Origin: an uncultured Methanosarcinaceae archaeon
Lineage (GTDB): Archaea; Halobacteriota; Methanosarcinia; Methanosarcinales; Methanosarcinaceae
Assembly (NCBI GenBank): GCA_963733675.1
Contig: CAVTET010000015.1
Span: forward strand, 10,888-74,887
Direction of reading: 5' to 3'
Length of the DNA: 64,000 bases
The position numbers and the translations under genes were made by a program. The notes below the pieces were generated by a model that worked only from the letters and a program-made list of their open reading frames with translations, had not been told where the DNA came from and searched no databases. This document shows, piece after piece, positions 22,579 through 32,763 of the stretch (position 1 is its first letter; every line of letters begins with the position of its first letter).

Positions 22579-23433
22579 GGTTCCGTTGCAAAAAATCCTT
22601 TCTAATGATACAATAGAATAAAAAGAAAACCAAAGATAGTAACATGCTATCTAATTCCTTTAAATGGAAGCATTATGAAGGGGAAATTATCTTATTGAAT
22701 GTAAGATGGTACTTAAAATATGCATTAAGTTATAGAAATTTAAAGGAAATGATGGCAGAAAGGGGAGTAAAAGTCGACCATACAACAATCATGAGATGGG
22801 TACATCAATATTCCCCTGAAATAGAAAAGAAGATAAGAAGACATTTAAGACCAACAAATGATTCGTGGAGAGTTGATGAAACCTATATCAAAGTAAAAGG
22901 TAAATGGAAATATTTTTACCGAGCAGTTGACTCAAATGGAGAAACAATCGATTTCATGTTAAGTTCAAAACGAGATAGAAAGGCAGCGAAGAGATTCTTT
23001 AAGAAAGCTTTAAGTTCTAATCATAATCAAATTCCAAGATTAATAACCGTTGATAAGAATCCAGCTTATCCACCTGCTATAGATAAACTAAAAATTGATA
23101 AAATACTACCTAAAAACGTAGGCATTCGACAAATCAAGTATTTGAATAACATTATAGAACAAGATCACAGATCTATAAAGAGAATCGTTAATCCAATGTT
23201 AGGATTTCAGTCTTTTCGATCTGCTAATAAGACTTTAAAAGGAATTGAAGCTATAAATATGATCAAAAAAGGACAAGTAATCGATTTAAATTACTCTGTT
23301 CTTAATGAAGTCAAATACATTAATCACTTGTTTGGTATAGCTTTATAATGTTAGTACATTTTCCTTGAATATTTTGATTTTTATTAATCACTTATAGATT
23401 TACATATTTTGTTGAAGTTTTTGCAACGGAACC
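22579..23433 (+). mobile_element. IS6-family insertion sequence, copy 2 (855 bp, 8-bp TSD CTTTTTAT)
   Basis: Perfect TIRs GGTTCCGTTGCAAAAA and TTTTTGCAACGGAACC; CTTTTTAT at 22571-22578 and 23434-23441. Confidence 0.96.
22644..23348 (+). CDS. IS6-family transposase
   Basis: 234 aa, only a few substitutions relative to 5763-6467. Confidence 0.96.
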   Translation: MLSNSFKWKHYEGEIILLNVRWYLKYALSYRNLKEMMAERGVKVDHTTIMRWVHQYSPEIEKKIRRHLRPTNDSWRVDETYIKVKGKWKYFYRAVDSNGETIDFMLSSKRDRKAAKRFFKKALSSNHNQIPRLITVDKNPAYPPAIDKLKIDKILPKNVGIRQIKYLNNIIEQDHRSIKRIVNPMLGFQSFRSANKTLKGIEAINMIKKGQVIDLNYSVLNEVKYINHLFGIAL

Positions 23434-23829
23434 CTTTTTATTATATGACTTACGAATTTGAAGTTCCTAAAGATTAAAACTATTTATAAATATAATTATT
23501 TAAAAAAGTTGTAAGAATGGATAAAGTCATGTCGATAAATCTACCCAGATGTACTTGCTTGATAATATCATTTTAATTATTGCTAAGTCTATCGTTTTTT
23601 AGCTACGGAAGCTTATAATATTCTTCTTCCACAATCAATGCTCATCAACATTATTATTTTACTCGTATCATTCAAAAGTAACTCTCTATACAGATCATTT
23701 ATTCTTATCTATAATGTCGATGAATTCAATCGATTTGCTGTGTTGCCTCGGATGCGAGAAAATGATATTTCTGTGCCATTTTCTGGATATAAATAAACTA
23801 TTCAAATTTAAATATTTTCATTTGCTTAT

Positions 23830-24330
23830 ATTAGTCTTTTTCTTCATGGTTTCCTTTATCTTCAGAGTAGTTTTTAATCAAATCGGAAGTAGTTCATCCC
23901 AATGGTTCAAATATAACCTCCATAATTACACAGTTCACCATCTAATAAATGTTTTTTAACTTCAGAGTGTTCTTTAAAGATTTTGTTTGCTGTAATACTT
24001 TTTATAATATTCATCAACCTTAATGGGAAATATTTTGGTTCAACCAACGAAAAGATGTACATAATAACATATTGCTTATTGTAGAACAATCAAAACTATA
24101 CTTTTATCAATTTTAAAGCATATATATTTCAAATAGATGATAATGCTAATATCCCAATGAAATTTTTCCAGATATTTCAAGCAAAACGATTTGACATCTT
24201 ATTCTCTTTATACAATATTTTTTATACGTAGTTCTAGTTTTATAATGCAAAGGTAGCTTAAAATAGATATCAACTGTTTAATAAAAGTTATTGGGAAAGT
24301 TCCTATCCCCTTAGCAATTTTTGTGGTATT
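23830..24330 (-). pseudogene. IS200-family TnpA remnant
   Basis: EPKYFPLRLMNIIKSITANKIFKEHSEVKKHLLDGELCNYGGYI resembles the TnpA C-terminal half; CCCCTTAGCAA end motif near 24307, also seen at 47711. Confidence 0.7.
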
Positions 24331-25310
24331 TAATTAAAATAAGTTTGGATCTTGATATCTTGAACAGTCATAAAGCTGATTACAATATAAAAAACTTTAT
24401 GATATGACCAATAATTATCTACTTAGTATGTACTTACACTCTAAGACAATAAAAAGAAACATAGAAGAATATGGTGTCAATGTGAGTGTGAATGTAGCAG
24501 GTCTACTGTGCATATAGTGGAATGAGAATTCCTTCTAGGTTTGTAAGTCAGTGTCATTCTTGATTACTTATCAAGGATCATTATTCCCCAGTAAAGAATA
24601 CGTTAATTATAACATGTAAATCACGGTTTGGTGATAGACCGAGTTTTTCATAGAGCATTGGGGATATCAATGGAGAAATTAATAATGGATCAGGAAAGGA
24701 ATTAGGGGCATACAGAATTAAATAAGGATGATTCATTAGACAGCGAGTTCAAGATGTAAATGAAAAATTTTGGATTAAGCTAATAATTGCAAGGTGAAGA
24801 CACCATCAGAAAATCAAAATAATTGAGAAATGGTCCCATACATTGAGCCTTGAAGATTAAAAGAACTTAAATCACTAGAAAATGCTTATTGAATAGATTG
24901 TTAGTGGAAGTAAAATCTTAGATATGAATTAGATATTTTTGTTTGTGAGAATATGAAGAAATTGAAAAGAGTTTCGAAGCAAAATTGTTTTTGGATTAAA
25001 ACCTCACTCACATTTCCTAAATCCTCTATTATATACTTATGAATTTTTGAGTTTTCATTCGTAGATAAAGAAAGCGTGTATAGAGGTGGAAAAAGTAGGA
25101 AATTTCAAAACCGTTTGATCGCAAAGTTCTTATATGATTTGATTTGTATTGATAAGTCCATAGCAAATATGCTAGTCAAGTATCCCAGTTAATGTATTAA
25201 TATATAATAAGGACAATTAAGCTACTTTTAAGTATGCTTTTGCTTTGATAAATTCAAAAGATCATGATCTCCATGATTTTAAAATTTCAATAAAAGGATG
25301 AGGTTTTAAT

Positions 25311-25688
25311 ATGAGATGGCAAGGTAGCTCCAGAAGAAAAGTGACCGGTGGGAAAGTTATTGTCGCTCGCGGGAAGCGTAAGTTTGAAATGGGTCGCGAA
25401 TCTGCGGATACCCGCATAAGTGAAATAAAACGAAAAAATGTTCCGGTAATGGGAGGCAATAGGAAGGTTAGGCTTCTCCAATGTAATGTTGCAAACATAA
25501 CCAATCAGAAAAACGGAAAGACAGTTTCTGCTACTATTGAAACAGTTGTCGACAACGCTGCAAACAAACACTATGTAAGGCGTAACATCCTAACAAAAGG
25601 CTCTGTCATAAGGACTCCTATAGGAACTGCGAGAGTTACGAGCAGACCAGGGCAAGATGGAGTTGTAAATGCTGTATTGATTGAGTGA
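25311..25688 (+). CDS. rps8e: 30S ribosomal protein S8e
   Basis: [52 protein letters not shown]. Confidence 0.97.
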   Translation: MRWQGSSRRKVTGGKVIVARGKRKFEMGRESADTRISEIKRKNVPVMGGNRKVRLLQCNVANITNQKNGKTVSATIETVVDNAANKHYVRRNILTKGSVIRTPIGTARVTSRPGQDGVVNAVLIE

Positions 25689-25758
25689 TTTTGTAGAACT
25701 CAACATTGAAGGCGAGGATTTTTTGGTGATTTTTTTCACCGTTGTGCCGGGGATCAAT

Positions 25759-26250
25759 ATGGAAGAACAGATTAGACACATACTGGAAATTCTCGAAAAT
25801 GATGCTCGAGCAAGTCCGGAAGAAATTGCAGCCCTGATAGATATGTCTCCACAGGAAGTTTCCCAGACGATAGCAAAACTTGAGGAAACAGGAGTTATCC
25901 GGCACTACAAAACCATCGTTAATTGGGACATTGTTGGGGAAAATTATGTTTATGCTGTGATTGAACTGAAGGTTACTCTCGAGCGTAGCCAGGGTTATCA
26001 GGCAATTGCAGAAAGGATTTATAAATTTCCGGAAGTAAGGTCTGTCAGACTATTATCTGGGGACTATGATATATCTCTTACTGTCCGAGGGAAGTCGATG
26101 AAAGATGTTGCTTTTTTCGTGGCAGAAAAAATTGCAACTCTTGATCAGGTAAAGAGTACGTCAACTCACTTTGTGCTGAAGACATATAAAGAAGATGGGG
26201 TTATCCTCCACGAACCTGAGACGATCAAAAGGCTCCCAGTTTCATTTTAA
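25759..26250 (+). CDS. Lrp/AsnC-family transcriptional regulator
   Basis: ILEILENDAR..EEIA HTH, LEETGVI, RAM domain LLSGDYD; ATG 25759 preferred over TTG 25681. Confidence 0.9.
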   Translation: MEEQIRHILEILENDARASPEEIAALIDMSPQEVSQTIAKLEETGVIRHYKTIVNWDIVGENYVYAVIELKVTLERSQGYQAIAERIYKFPEVRSVRLLSGDYDISLTVRGKSMKDVAFFVAEKIATLDQVKSTSTHFVLKTYKEDGVILHEPETIKRLPVSF

Positions 26251-26329
26251 TAAGAAACAGCTTAAAGCCTGCTCCTCTTCAGTTTTACTTTTACATCCTG
26301 CTAATATAATTTTTCAAAGGGGTGCTTGA

Positions 26330-27511
26330 TTGAGACTTCCATGCGATTCTTCAAAATTTATTGCGGAAGCTGTTAAGAATATCCCACCTTCAGGAATACG
26401 GCGTTTTTTTGATATGGTTTCCGGACTTGAAGACATAATCTCCCTTGGAGTAGGAGAACCTGATTTCGTCACTCCTTGGCACATTCGTGAGATGTGCATC
26501 CATTCTCTGGAAAAAGGGCAGACTTCTTATACGTCAAACTATGGGCTTCCGGAACTCAGAGATGAACTTACCAGGACCTATTACAAACGTTACGGCTTGG
26601 ACTATGATCCTGCATCAGAGATATTGATCACTTCAGGTGTAAGCGAAGCCCTGGATATAGCGATCAGGGCAGTAGTAAACCCGGGGGATGAGGTTATTGT
26701 GGTCCAGCCCTCTTATGTAGCATATGTCCCATCGGTTATTCTGGCAGGAGGCAAGCCTGTAATTGTTCGAACTTATATGGATGATGATTTTAGCCTGACT
26801 GCGGAAGCACTCAAGCCTGCAATAACGAATAAGACTAAGGCAATAATTCTCAACTTCCCTAATAATCCCACAGGAGCAATCATGACACAAGAAGGGCTTG
26901 AGGATGTTGCTGATCTAGTTGTTGGTAATGATCTGTTTGTTATCTCGGATGAGGTATACGAGTGCCTGACTTATGATGGACGCCACGTACCAGTCTCTTC
27001 TTTGGAGGGTATGAAGGACAGGACTGTTATGCTGAATGGATTATCCAAATCTCATGCAATGACAGGGTTTAGGTTAGGTTTTGCAATGGGCTCCTCGGAG
27101 ATCATACATTCAATGACGATGATTCACCAGTACTGCATGCTTTGCGCTCCCATAACTGCTCAAGTGGGAGCCATTGAAGCTCTTCGAAATGGTAAAGAGG
27201 AGATGGAGCGGATGGTCAGGGAATATGACCGGCGCAGACACTTTATCGTCACCGGCTTTAATAAGATAGGGCTTAAGTGCCTTAAGCCCAAAGGTGCATT
27301 CTACGCTTTTCCTTATATGGGGGATACCGGACTTTCTTCTTCTGAGTTTGCTGAGCGTCTTCTGGACAAAAAGAAGGTTGTCACGATTCCAGGAGATGTT
27401 TTTGGTGAAGCAGGGGAAGGTTTCCTTCGATGCGCTTATGCAGCATCAATGAATGATCTTAAAAAAGCAATTGAGAGAATGGGAGATTTCGTAGACGGAT
27501 TAAAAAAGTGA
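26330..27511 (+). CDS. Class I/II PLP-dependent aminotransferase
   Basis: ISLGVGEPDF, YTSNYGLPELR, NFPNNPTG, SDEVY, LSKSHAMTGFRLG, PKGAFY. Confidence 0.93.
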   Translation: MRLPCDSSKFIAEAVKNIPPSGIRRFFDMVSGLEDIISLGVGEPDFVTPWHIREMCIHSLEKGQTSYTSNYGLPELRDELTRTYYKRYGLDYDPASEILITSGVSEALDIAIRAVVNPGDEVIVVQPSYVAYVPSVILAGGKPVIVRTYMDDDFSLTAEALKPAITNKTKAIILNFPNNPTGAIMTQEGLEDVADLVVGNDLFVISDEVYECLTYDGRHVPVSSLEGMKDRTVMLNGLSKSHAMTGFRLGFAMGSSEIIHSMTMIHQYCMLCAPITAQVGAIEALRNGKEEMERMVREYDRRRHFIVTGFNKIGLKCLKPKGAFYAFPYMGDTGLSSSEFAERLLDKKKVVTIPGDVFGEAGEGFLRCAYAASMNDLKKAIERMGDFVDGLKK

Positions 27512-27619
27512 ATTCATCTGAGCTTCTATCAGTCTGCCTTTGCTATTTTCCACTTTTAGAATAAATTTTTCCTCATCCATTCTCAGATTGGGTTACTTGC
27601 TTAGTCATCTATTATTTTC

Positions 27620-28000
27620 AATCAGCTCGTTCATCAGATTCTACCATGCATCAAATATTTTTCGTCATCATCTGATGTTTGTTCTTTCAACGGATCGATA
27701 AAAATTGACACTTTGCTATAAACTCCCCTCAAAATATCTTTTTTCAGTTCAGGCTGAAGCTTGAAGAGTCTGTAAAGCTTATCTTTTTCGAGTATTGAAC
27801 TACCTTTGATAGAGATTACTTGAATGGAATTCCAGAATAAATGAACGTGATATATTACTATTTCCACAGTATGAATTTCGTAGTTTGGCATGTGCAAAAT
27901 AGTTTGAAGATAGGCATACAAACCCTTCAAATTCGTTCATTGCATAATGTATTGTACAGATACTTAGGCACCTATACTATAGGTGATCTTACCATAGCTA
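27620..28000 (-). pseudogene. IS200/IS605-family TnpA remnant, related to 11400-11770
   Basis: YGKITYS...PKY, YEIHTVEIVIYHVHLF, YRLFKLQPELKK fragments. Confidence 0.65.
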
Positions 28001-28081
28001 GAATAGGGCTATTGATCCCAATACTTATCAAATTCCTGTCATAGGGGACACTACTTCTGATATCATAGTGGATGGCCGTCT

Positions 28082-28966
28082 TTATTCCAATTCCCTAGCT
28101 AATAATAACTCAATTCTAGTAGATGAAAGATCGCACTCCGTATCATGTTCATGAAAATGTTTGCCCTTGTGGGTGTGCAAATGCTCATGAACAAGCTTGC
28201 TGTGAATGTGCATGTGCTCATGAATCAGATTTGAGTCCAGAAGAAGTTCCAAGTTATTGAGAACCTTTTCCACATCATCGTCCACCACAACTCTATGTTC
28301 TTCGCCCATGACTATGGCTCTTTTGCTAATTTGCTCTACAAGTTCCAAGTCATGAGTAGCAGTAATTATCGTCTTGCCTGCATCCCCTAACTCTTGTAAT
28401 AGCTCTGTAAGCCAGAGTTGGGTTCTAGGGTCCAATCCGGCTGTGGGCTCATCCAATAGAAGAACATCCGGGTTGCTAGCCAGAACAGTGGCTATGCACA
28501 CCTTTTTTTTTTCACCTCCACTTAGAGTGTGAGGGGATCTATCTTTAAGCTTAGTGATCCCTATCATTTCCATGACTTCCAAAACTCTGGTTTTTACTTC
28601 TCCCGGAGTAAGGTTAAGTTGCATCGGTCCAAATGCAATCTCCTCGAAGACCGTAGGTGAAAAGAGCTGTACATCTGAGTTCTGAAAGACAAGTCCTACT
28701 CTTGTCCGGAAATAGGATCTAAATTCATTATCCTCAATAGTATTGAAAACCTCTTCAGATATCTTAGTATCAAAGGCATGGAATTCCCCAACTGTTGGAT
28801 ATATGAGCCCATCTAAAATGGCTAACAGAGTCGATTTGCCACTGCCATTTGAGCCAATTATAGATATCTGCTCGTTTTGGTTCACTTTGAAGCAGATATC
28901 TTTTAAGGCGTTTATCCTTCCTGCATATGAATATGATACATTCCTTAAGTCAAAGATCATTTCCAT
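28082..28966 (-). CDS. ECF transporter ATPase (NikO/CbiO) with His-rich C-terminal tail
   Basis: GSNGSGKST, VFQNSDVQLF, LSGGEKKKV, LLLDEPTAGLDP, ATHD; tail HEHMHIHSKLVHEHLHTHKGKHFHEHD. Confidence 0.92.
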   Translation of the reverse strand: MEMIFDLRNVSYSYAGRINALKDICFKVNQNEQISIIGSNGSGKSTLLAILDGLIYPTVGEFHAFDTKISEEVFNTIEDNEFRSYFRTRVGLVFQNSDVQLFSPTVFEEIAFGPMQLNLTPGEVKTRVLEVMEMIGITKLKDRSPHTLSGGEKKKVCIATVLASNPDVLLLDEPTAGLDPRTQLWLTELLQELGDAGKTIITATHDLELVEQISKRAIVMGEEHRVVVDDDVEKVLNNLELLLDSNLIHEHMHIHSKLVHEHLHTHKGKHFHEHDTECDLSSTRIELLLARELE

Positions 28967-28973
28967 ATTCTTA

Positions 28974-29909
28974 TCACCTAATAATGTTCTGGGATATCAA
29001 CACCATTATTATGCTTAGGGATATCGCCGTTGCACCTACGATATAATCTCGTTTGTGAATTCTGAACTCCTGCATTACCTTAACATCTCCATTGAAGCCC
29101 CTGGATATCATAGCCATATGAACTTTTTCGCTAATATCCATAGATCGTATAAGCGTGTAACCTATGCGTCCGCCAACCCATTTCTGCTCTTCTAACATGC
29201 CTCCAGCCTTTATGGTCCTTGCTTTTTTGGCAAAATGCATATCTCGGACTAAATCCATCAAAAGGAAGATGTACCTGTTGGTCATCTCCAGCGTGAAAAC
29301 ATATATCTTCGGCACGCCCACCGTTCGCAGAGACTTATAAAGAATCTGCTGTGGTGTGGTCAGAAAGAGCAAGACTATGGCAGAAACACACGTTGCAACA
29401 CGCATAATAAATATACTTGCTGCATATACACCTTGTCTGGTGATATATACGCTTTCTGGTAGTGTAAGTGATCCCACGTGGTTATTAGGGCCTAAATAAG
29501 CTAATGTAATTAATGGATCACCTGGGAAGAAAATGTTGAAAATCATAGGTATGATGATGATGCCTGCAAAGATGGGGATAAAGAGCCAAACCCGTTTGAT
29601 GAAAAATAAGATATTGATTTTACTGAGATATGCAAGCAACAACGTGAATGTATAAATCAAAACCAGTAATTTCAAGTCTTTGATCAAACTTGTTGCGAAT
29701 ATTGCGGTCATAATGGAAAGCAACTTGACCCTCGGATCCAAGCTCTGCAGAAAACCTTTTCTTCTGGAGAATCCCTCCGATATAAAAGCTTCCTCAATAA
29801 AACCTAAGATCCCACCAATTGTGTTCTCTATGAATCCTTTCTTGCCATGATGAACAGCAAAGCACCCGCAAGGTTCTACTATCACTTCTTTCATCCAGTC
29901 CTGGATCAT
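28974..29909 (-). CDS. ECF transporter T component (NikQ/CbiQ)
   Basis: LQSLDPRVK, RYIFLL, AKKAR, AMISRGF motifs; multiple TM helices. Confidence 0.9.
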   Translation of the reverse strand: MIQDWMKEVIVEPCGCFAVHHGKKGFIENTIGGILGFIEEAFISEGFSRRKGFLQSLDPRVKLLSIMTAIFATSLIKDLKLLVLIYTFTLLLAYLSKINILFFIKRVWLFIPIFAGIIIIPMIFNIFFPGDPLITLAYLGPNNHVGSLTLPESVYITRQGVYAASIFIMRVATCVSAIVLLFLTTPQQILYKSLRTVGVPKIYVFTLEMTNRYIFLLMDLVRDMHFAKKARTIKAGGMLEEQKWVGGRIGYTLIRSMDISEKVHMAMISRGFNGDVKVMQEFRIHKRDYIVGATAISLSIIMVLISQNIIR

Positions 29910-29947
29910 AATGCCTCCAGTAAAAATAAATAAAGATCATCGGTTTG

Positions 29948-30215
29948 TTAGTCGTTGACTGCTTTCTTGCCAGTGAAGTATAAGATATCTATAATACATA
30001 GTAAGCCTATTACAGCTGCTATAATATATCCGATAACTTTATGGAAGTCAGGAATAAGATGGTATGAGAATAACACATTCAATAGATTTGAAAGCTTTTC
30101 TAATCCAGATGACAAAAAACCTGCCTTGCCTAGCGCTTTCTTACACATCCTTCATATACAATACCTGTACGCAAATACACACCAAAACAAGTAGTGGAGA
30201 TATTTTAGATTCCAT
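29948..30215 (-). pseudogene. Second, degenerate PDGLE-domain (NikN-like) gene
   Basis: GFLSSGLEKLSNLLN...IGYIIAAVIG parallels the intact copy GFVPHGLKELSGLWN...AGYILSALVG; N-terminus is frameshifted. Confidence 0.65.
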
Positions 30216-30596
30216 AGTTTTCATTTTCATTTCCAAATAAATCCAAATTTTGATCATGGTGATCCTCAACGCAATGGTGCTCGAGTTTTTAACCACCTTC
30301 TTTCCTATGAAATACAAGAGACTACCACCAACTATTATGCCTACTAATGCAGACAAGATGTATCCTGCTGAAGATACGATTCGCGAATCCCCGCCGCCAG
30401 GAAATGAATAATCCTGCATTGGAGCATTCCATAATCCCGAGAGCTCCTTCAACCCATGGGGCACAAACCCAATTCTATCCTTAAGCTCATCTGGCCCCCA
30501 TTCACCATAGGCAGTGCCTGCAGCAAGCAGGCCTAGAGGCGCAAAAATTATAAGTAATACCAGGCCAATGGATAAGTTCCTTATCAGTATATCCAT
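30141..30596 (-). CDS. PDGLE-domain protein (NikN-like); ORF reads through into the downstream degenerate paralog
   Basis: APLGLLAAGTAYGEWG, GFVPHGL, WNAPMQDY, GYILSALVG; homology appears to end near GKKVVKN. Confidence 0.8.
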   Translation of the reverse strand: MDILIRNLSIGLVLLIIFAPLGLLAAGTAYGEWGPDELKDRIGFVPHGLKELSGLWNAPMQDYSFPGGGDSRIVSSAGYILSALVGIIVGGSLLYFIGKKVVKNSSTIALRITMIKIWIYLEMKMKTMESKISPLLVLVCICVQVLYMKDV

Positions 30597-30605
30597 ATTC
30601 TCGCC

Positions 30606-30720
30606 TCAGATTGTGACTCAGGTCATCATTTCGTTCATTTCCACCTTTGTTTTCTCTCCGTAAAATACGGATGTATCTGTTCTCTGGATATAGGCAAAAA
30701 TAATTGCTGTAATCAGTGCC
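30606..30720 (-). pseudogene. 3' stub of NikM/CbiM (ECF S component); remainder deleted
   Basis: ALITAIIFAYIQRTD.. matches the last TM helix of CbiM/NikM; coding character stops abruptly at about 30720. Confidence 0.65.
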
Positions 30721-30850
30721 TAAGAATTCTAAATAAAAACATGTGTTAAATTTTGACGCATATTTTTAACAGTTAAATATTTGATGCGATTAATTTTTCA
30801 GTTAGATAATATATAAGTCCTAGAATATTTTTACAAATCTAGATTATCAA

Positions 30851-30878
30851 GTATTACATATGCATCAGTTTATATTAC
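30851..30878. promoter_or_regulatory. Putative NikR operator
   Basis: GTATTA-N16-TATTAC dyad with the spacing of the NikR box (GTATGA-N16-TCATAC), upstream of the ECF operon. Confidence 0.6.
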
Positions 30879-31597
30879 TTTTTTGGATAAATTTTAATTT
30901 TATTCTTAAGTAAAGCTTCATTCACATCTTATATGGATCCATAGGTACTTTGTATCATGGAGTCGAAATCTAAATTGCAGTGATAATTGAGTCCATGATG
31001 AAGAACAAGAGGCTTTTACAGATTCTCGAATAAAGTAAATCTCATAAGGATAGATTAGTAACATCAGATTAGAAGGAAAGTATTTGATAATGCAAATTTG
31101 GTTCAATCGAAAATAATGTACTTGTTAGATTTCTCAACTACTTGATATTGACATGTGCGTTTCCGACACAAATGTTACTGTATGTTAAAGCAAAATTACA
31201 TCATGCAGAAGAGTAACAAAGTGATGAAATTTATAATATAGCTTCTTATCACACATGTTGGAAGTAGGTGTTATATGAAGATTGGTCCGACTTTTTTGAG
31301 ATTCTTCTTTTCCTTTCCTACTTATATTCAATTAGTTTAAAAACAATAACCATTCAAAGACTTAAGTTCTTGAAGTACAAAATTAAGCTCAATATATTTT
31401 TCGATTAAATTCACATTTTAGATAGTTAATGGTTTAATGTGTATTGATTTCGCAATTCCACTGCATAAGTCTTAAATATTACCAAATCTCTAACCACGAC
31501 GTAAATTTCATTTGCTGTGGTTAGATTTTATAATACTCTTGTTTGTTTCTGAGAAGGCCGAGTTGTTTTCCCAAAAAGTTCAAAAACTAGAAGCTTT

Positions 31598-32397
31598 ATG
31601 AGGAATTTAACTGGGTTCGACGAAGTCATAATCACACGAGCAATTTTTGATGAGTATTCAAAAACCTTCCTGACCACACAGATATCGGCGTGGCACTTGT
31701 AGAAGGGGAGCCTGCAAATCTGGTGGCCGCAAAATATCTGGCAGAGGGGGGGGTAGAAGTCGCTATTTATGAAAAGAAGATACCTTTTGAGGGTTGGTAT
31801 GTGGGGCTGGTGGCGTGATATTCCCACGCATAGTTAGAGTTGTGCAGGAAGAGGCTCGCTGCATGCTGGACGACTTCTGGATTTATATAGGGAATACCAC
31901 CCAGGGTATTATGTGGCAAACTCAGTTGAATCAGTCGGAAAGCTAAATGCAGGTGCAACTTCAGCAGGGGCTGAAGTCTTTAACCTTGTGAATTTTGAGG
32001 ACGTTATGATCCAGGAAAATGATCAGATTACTGGCATAGTGACCAATTGGGGACCTGTTGCAGAAAAGCACCTGCAAGTGGATCCTCTCATGATCAGCAC
32101 AAAACTCGTAATAGACGTAACAGGGTACGATGCAGCTGTCAGCAACACGATTCTCCAAAAAATACCAAACTCAAAAATAGGGAAATTGGGGATGTTTGGG
32201 AGAAACCCATGTGATCAGAGATTGGCTAGCACCTTACTGTTAATGCAACTCAGGAGATCTAGCCGGGTCTGATTGTTACGGGAATGGCCGCGAATGCAGC
32301 AACCTACGTTCCAAGAATGGGGTCTATCCCTGGAGTGCTGCTCCTTTCAGGTAAAAAATCTGTAAATATTGCTCTAAATAGGCTAACATGTCTTTAA
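31598..32397 (+). pseudogene. thi4: Sulfide-dependent thiazole synthase (Thi4) pseudogene
   Basis: DEVIITRAIFDEYSKTFL...ANLVAAKYLAE...ANSVESVGKL...VTNWGPV..HLQVDPL...GMAANA..PRMG..G.LLSGKK, with several frameshifts and a degraded GxGPA motif. Confidence 0.88.
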
Positions 32398-32763
32398 AAA
32401 CTCCAACTCTGACCTCATATATGGTTTATAAATCAATTTTGTGCATTTATGATGCTGAAAAACATAAAATTTCTTTTACTCTAACTTTTCCAAAAATTGA
32501 GATGTCAATGTTCTCTAATTTTAGCTAAAACTGAGGAAATGCATCGATTTTACTTTAAAAATTGTGCATCCATGAGAGTTAGATCAATTGTATTGTCATA
32601 AAAAGGATTTATTCAGATACTTCAAAAAGAGCAGGGTATTTCTCTTTGAGTAATGCATGAATAGATTTATCTAGCTTTGTTTTATAGAGTGATTTCACTT
32701 CAGAAATTTGTTCAATTATACGATTTTTAGCTTGTATAAGGTCAGCAGCCTGTGTTCACAAAA

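Noticed and set aside
5678-23433. Composite transposon bounded by the two IS6 copies
   Set aside because: Copy 2 has its own TSD, the outer flanks do not match, and the enclosed genes are ordinary chromosomal housekeeping genes.
24450-24900. Coding-like decayed tracts here and at about 15360-15620, 37380-37800, 45460-46160, 50930-51830 and 57150-57600
   Set aside because: Probably pseudogene or IS debris, but too degraded to assign without a translated search.
32729-32745. Resemblance to the Tn5 outside end (reverse CTGACCTTATACAAG) at the left edge of the bio island
   Set aside because: It needs several gaps to align, has no partner at the other edge and no TSD; probably chance.
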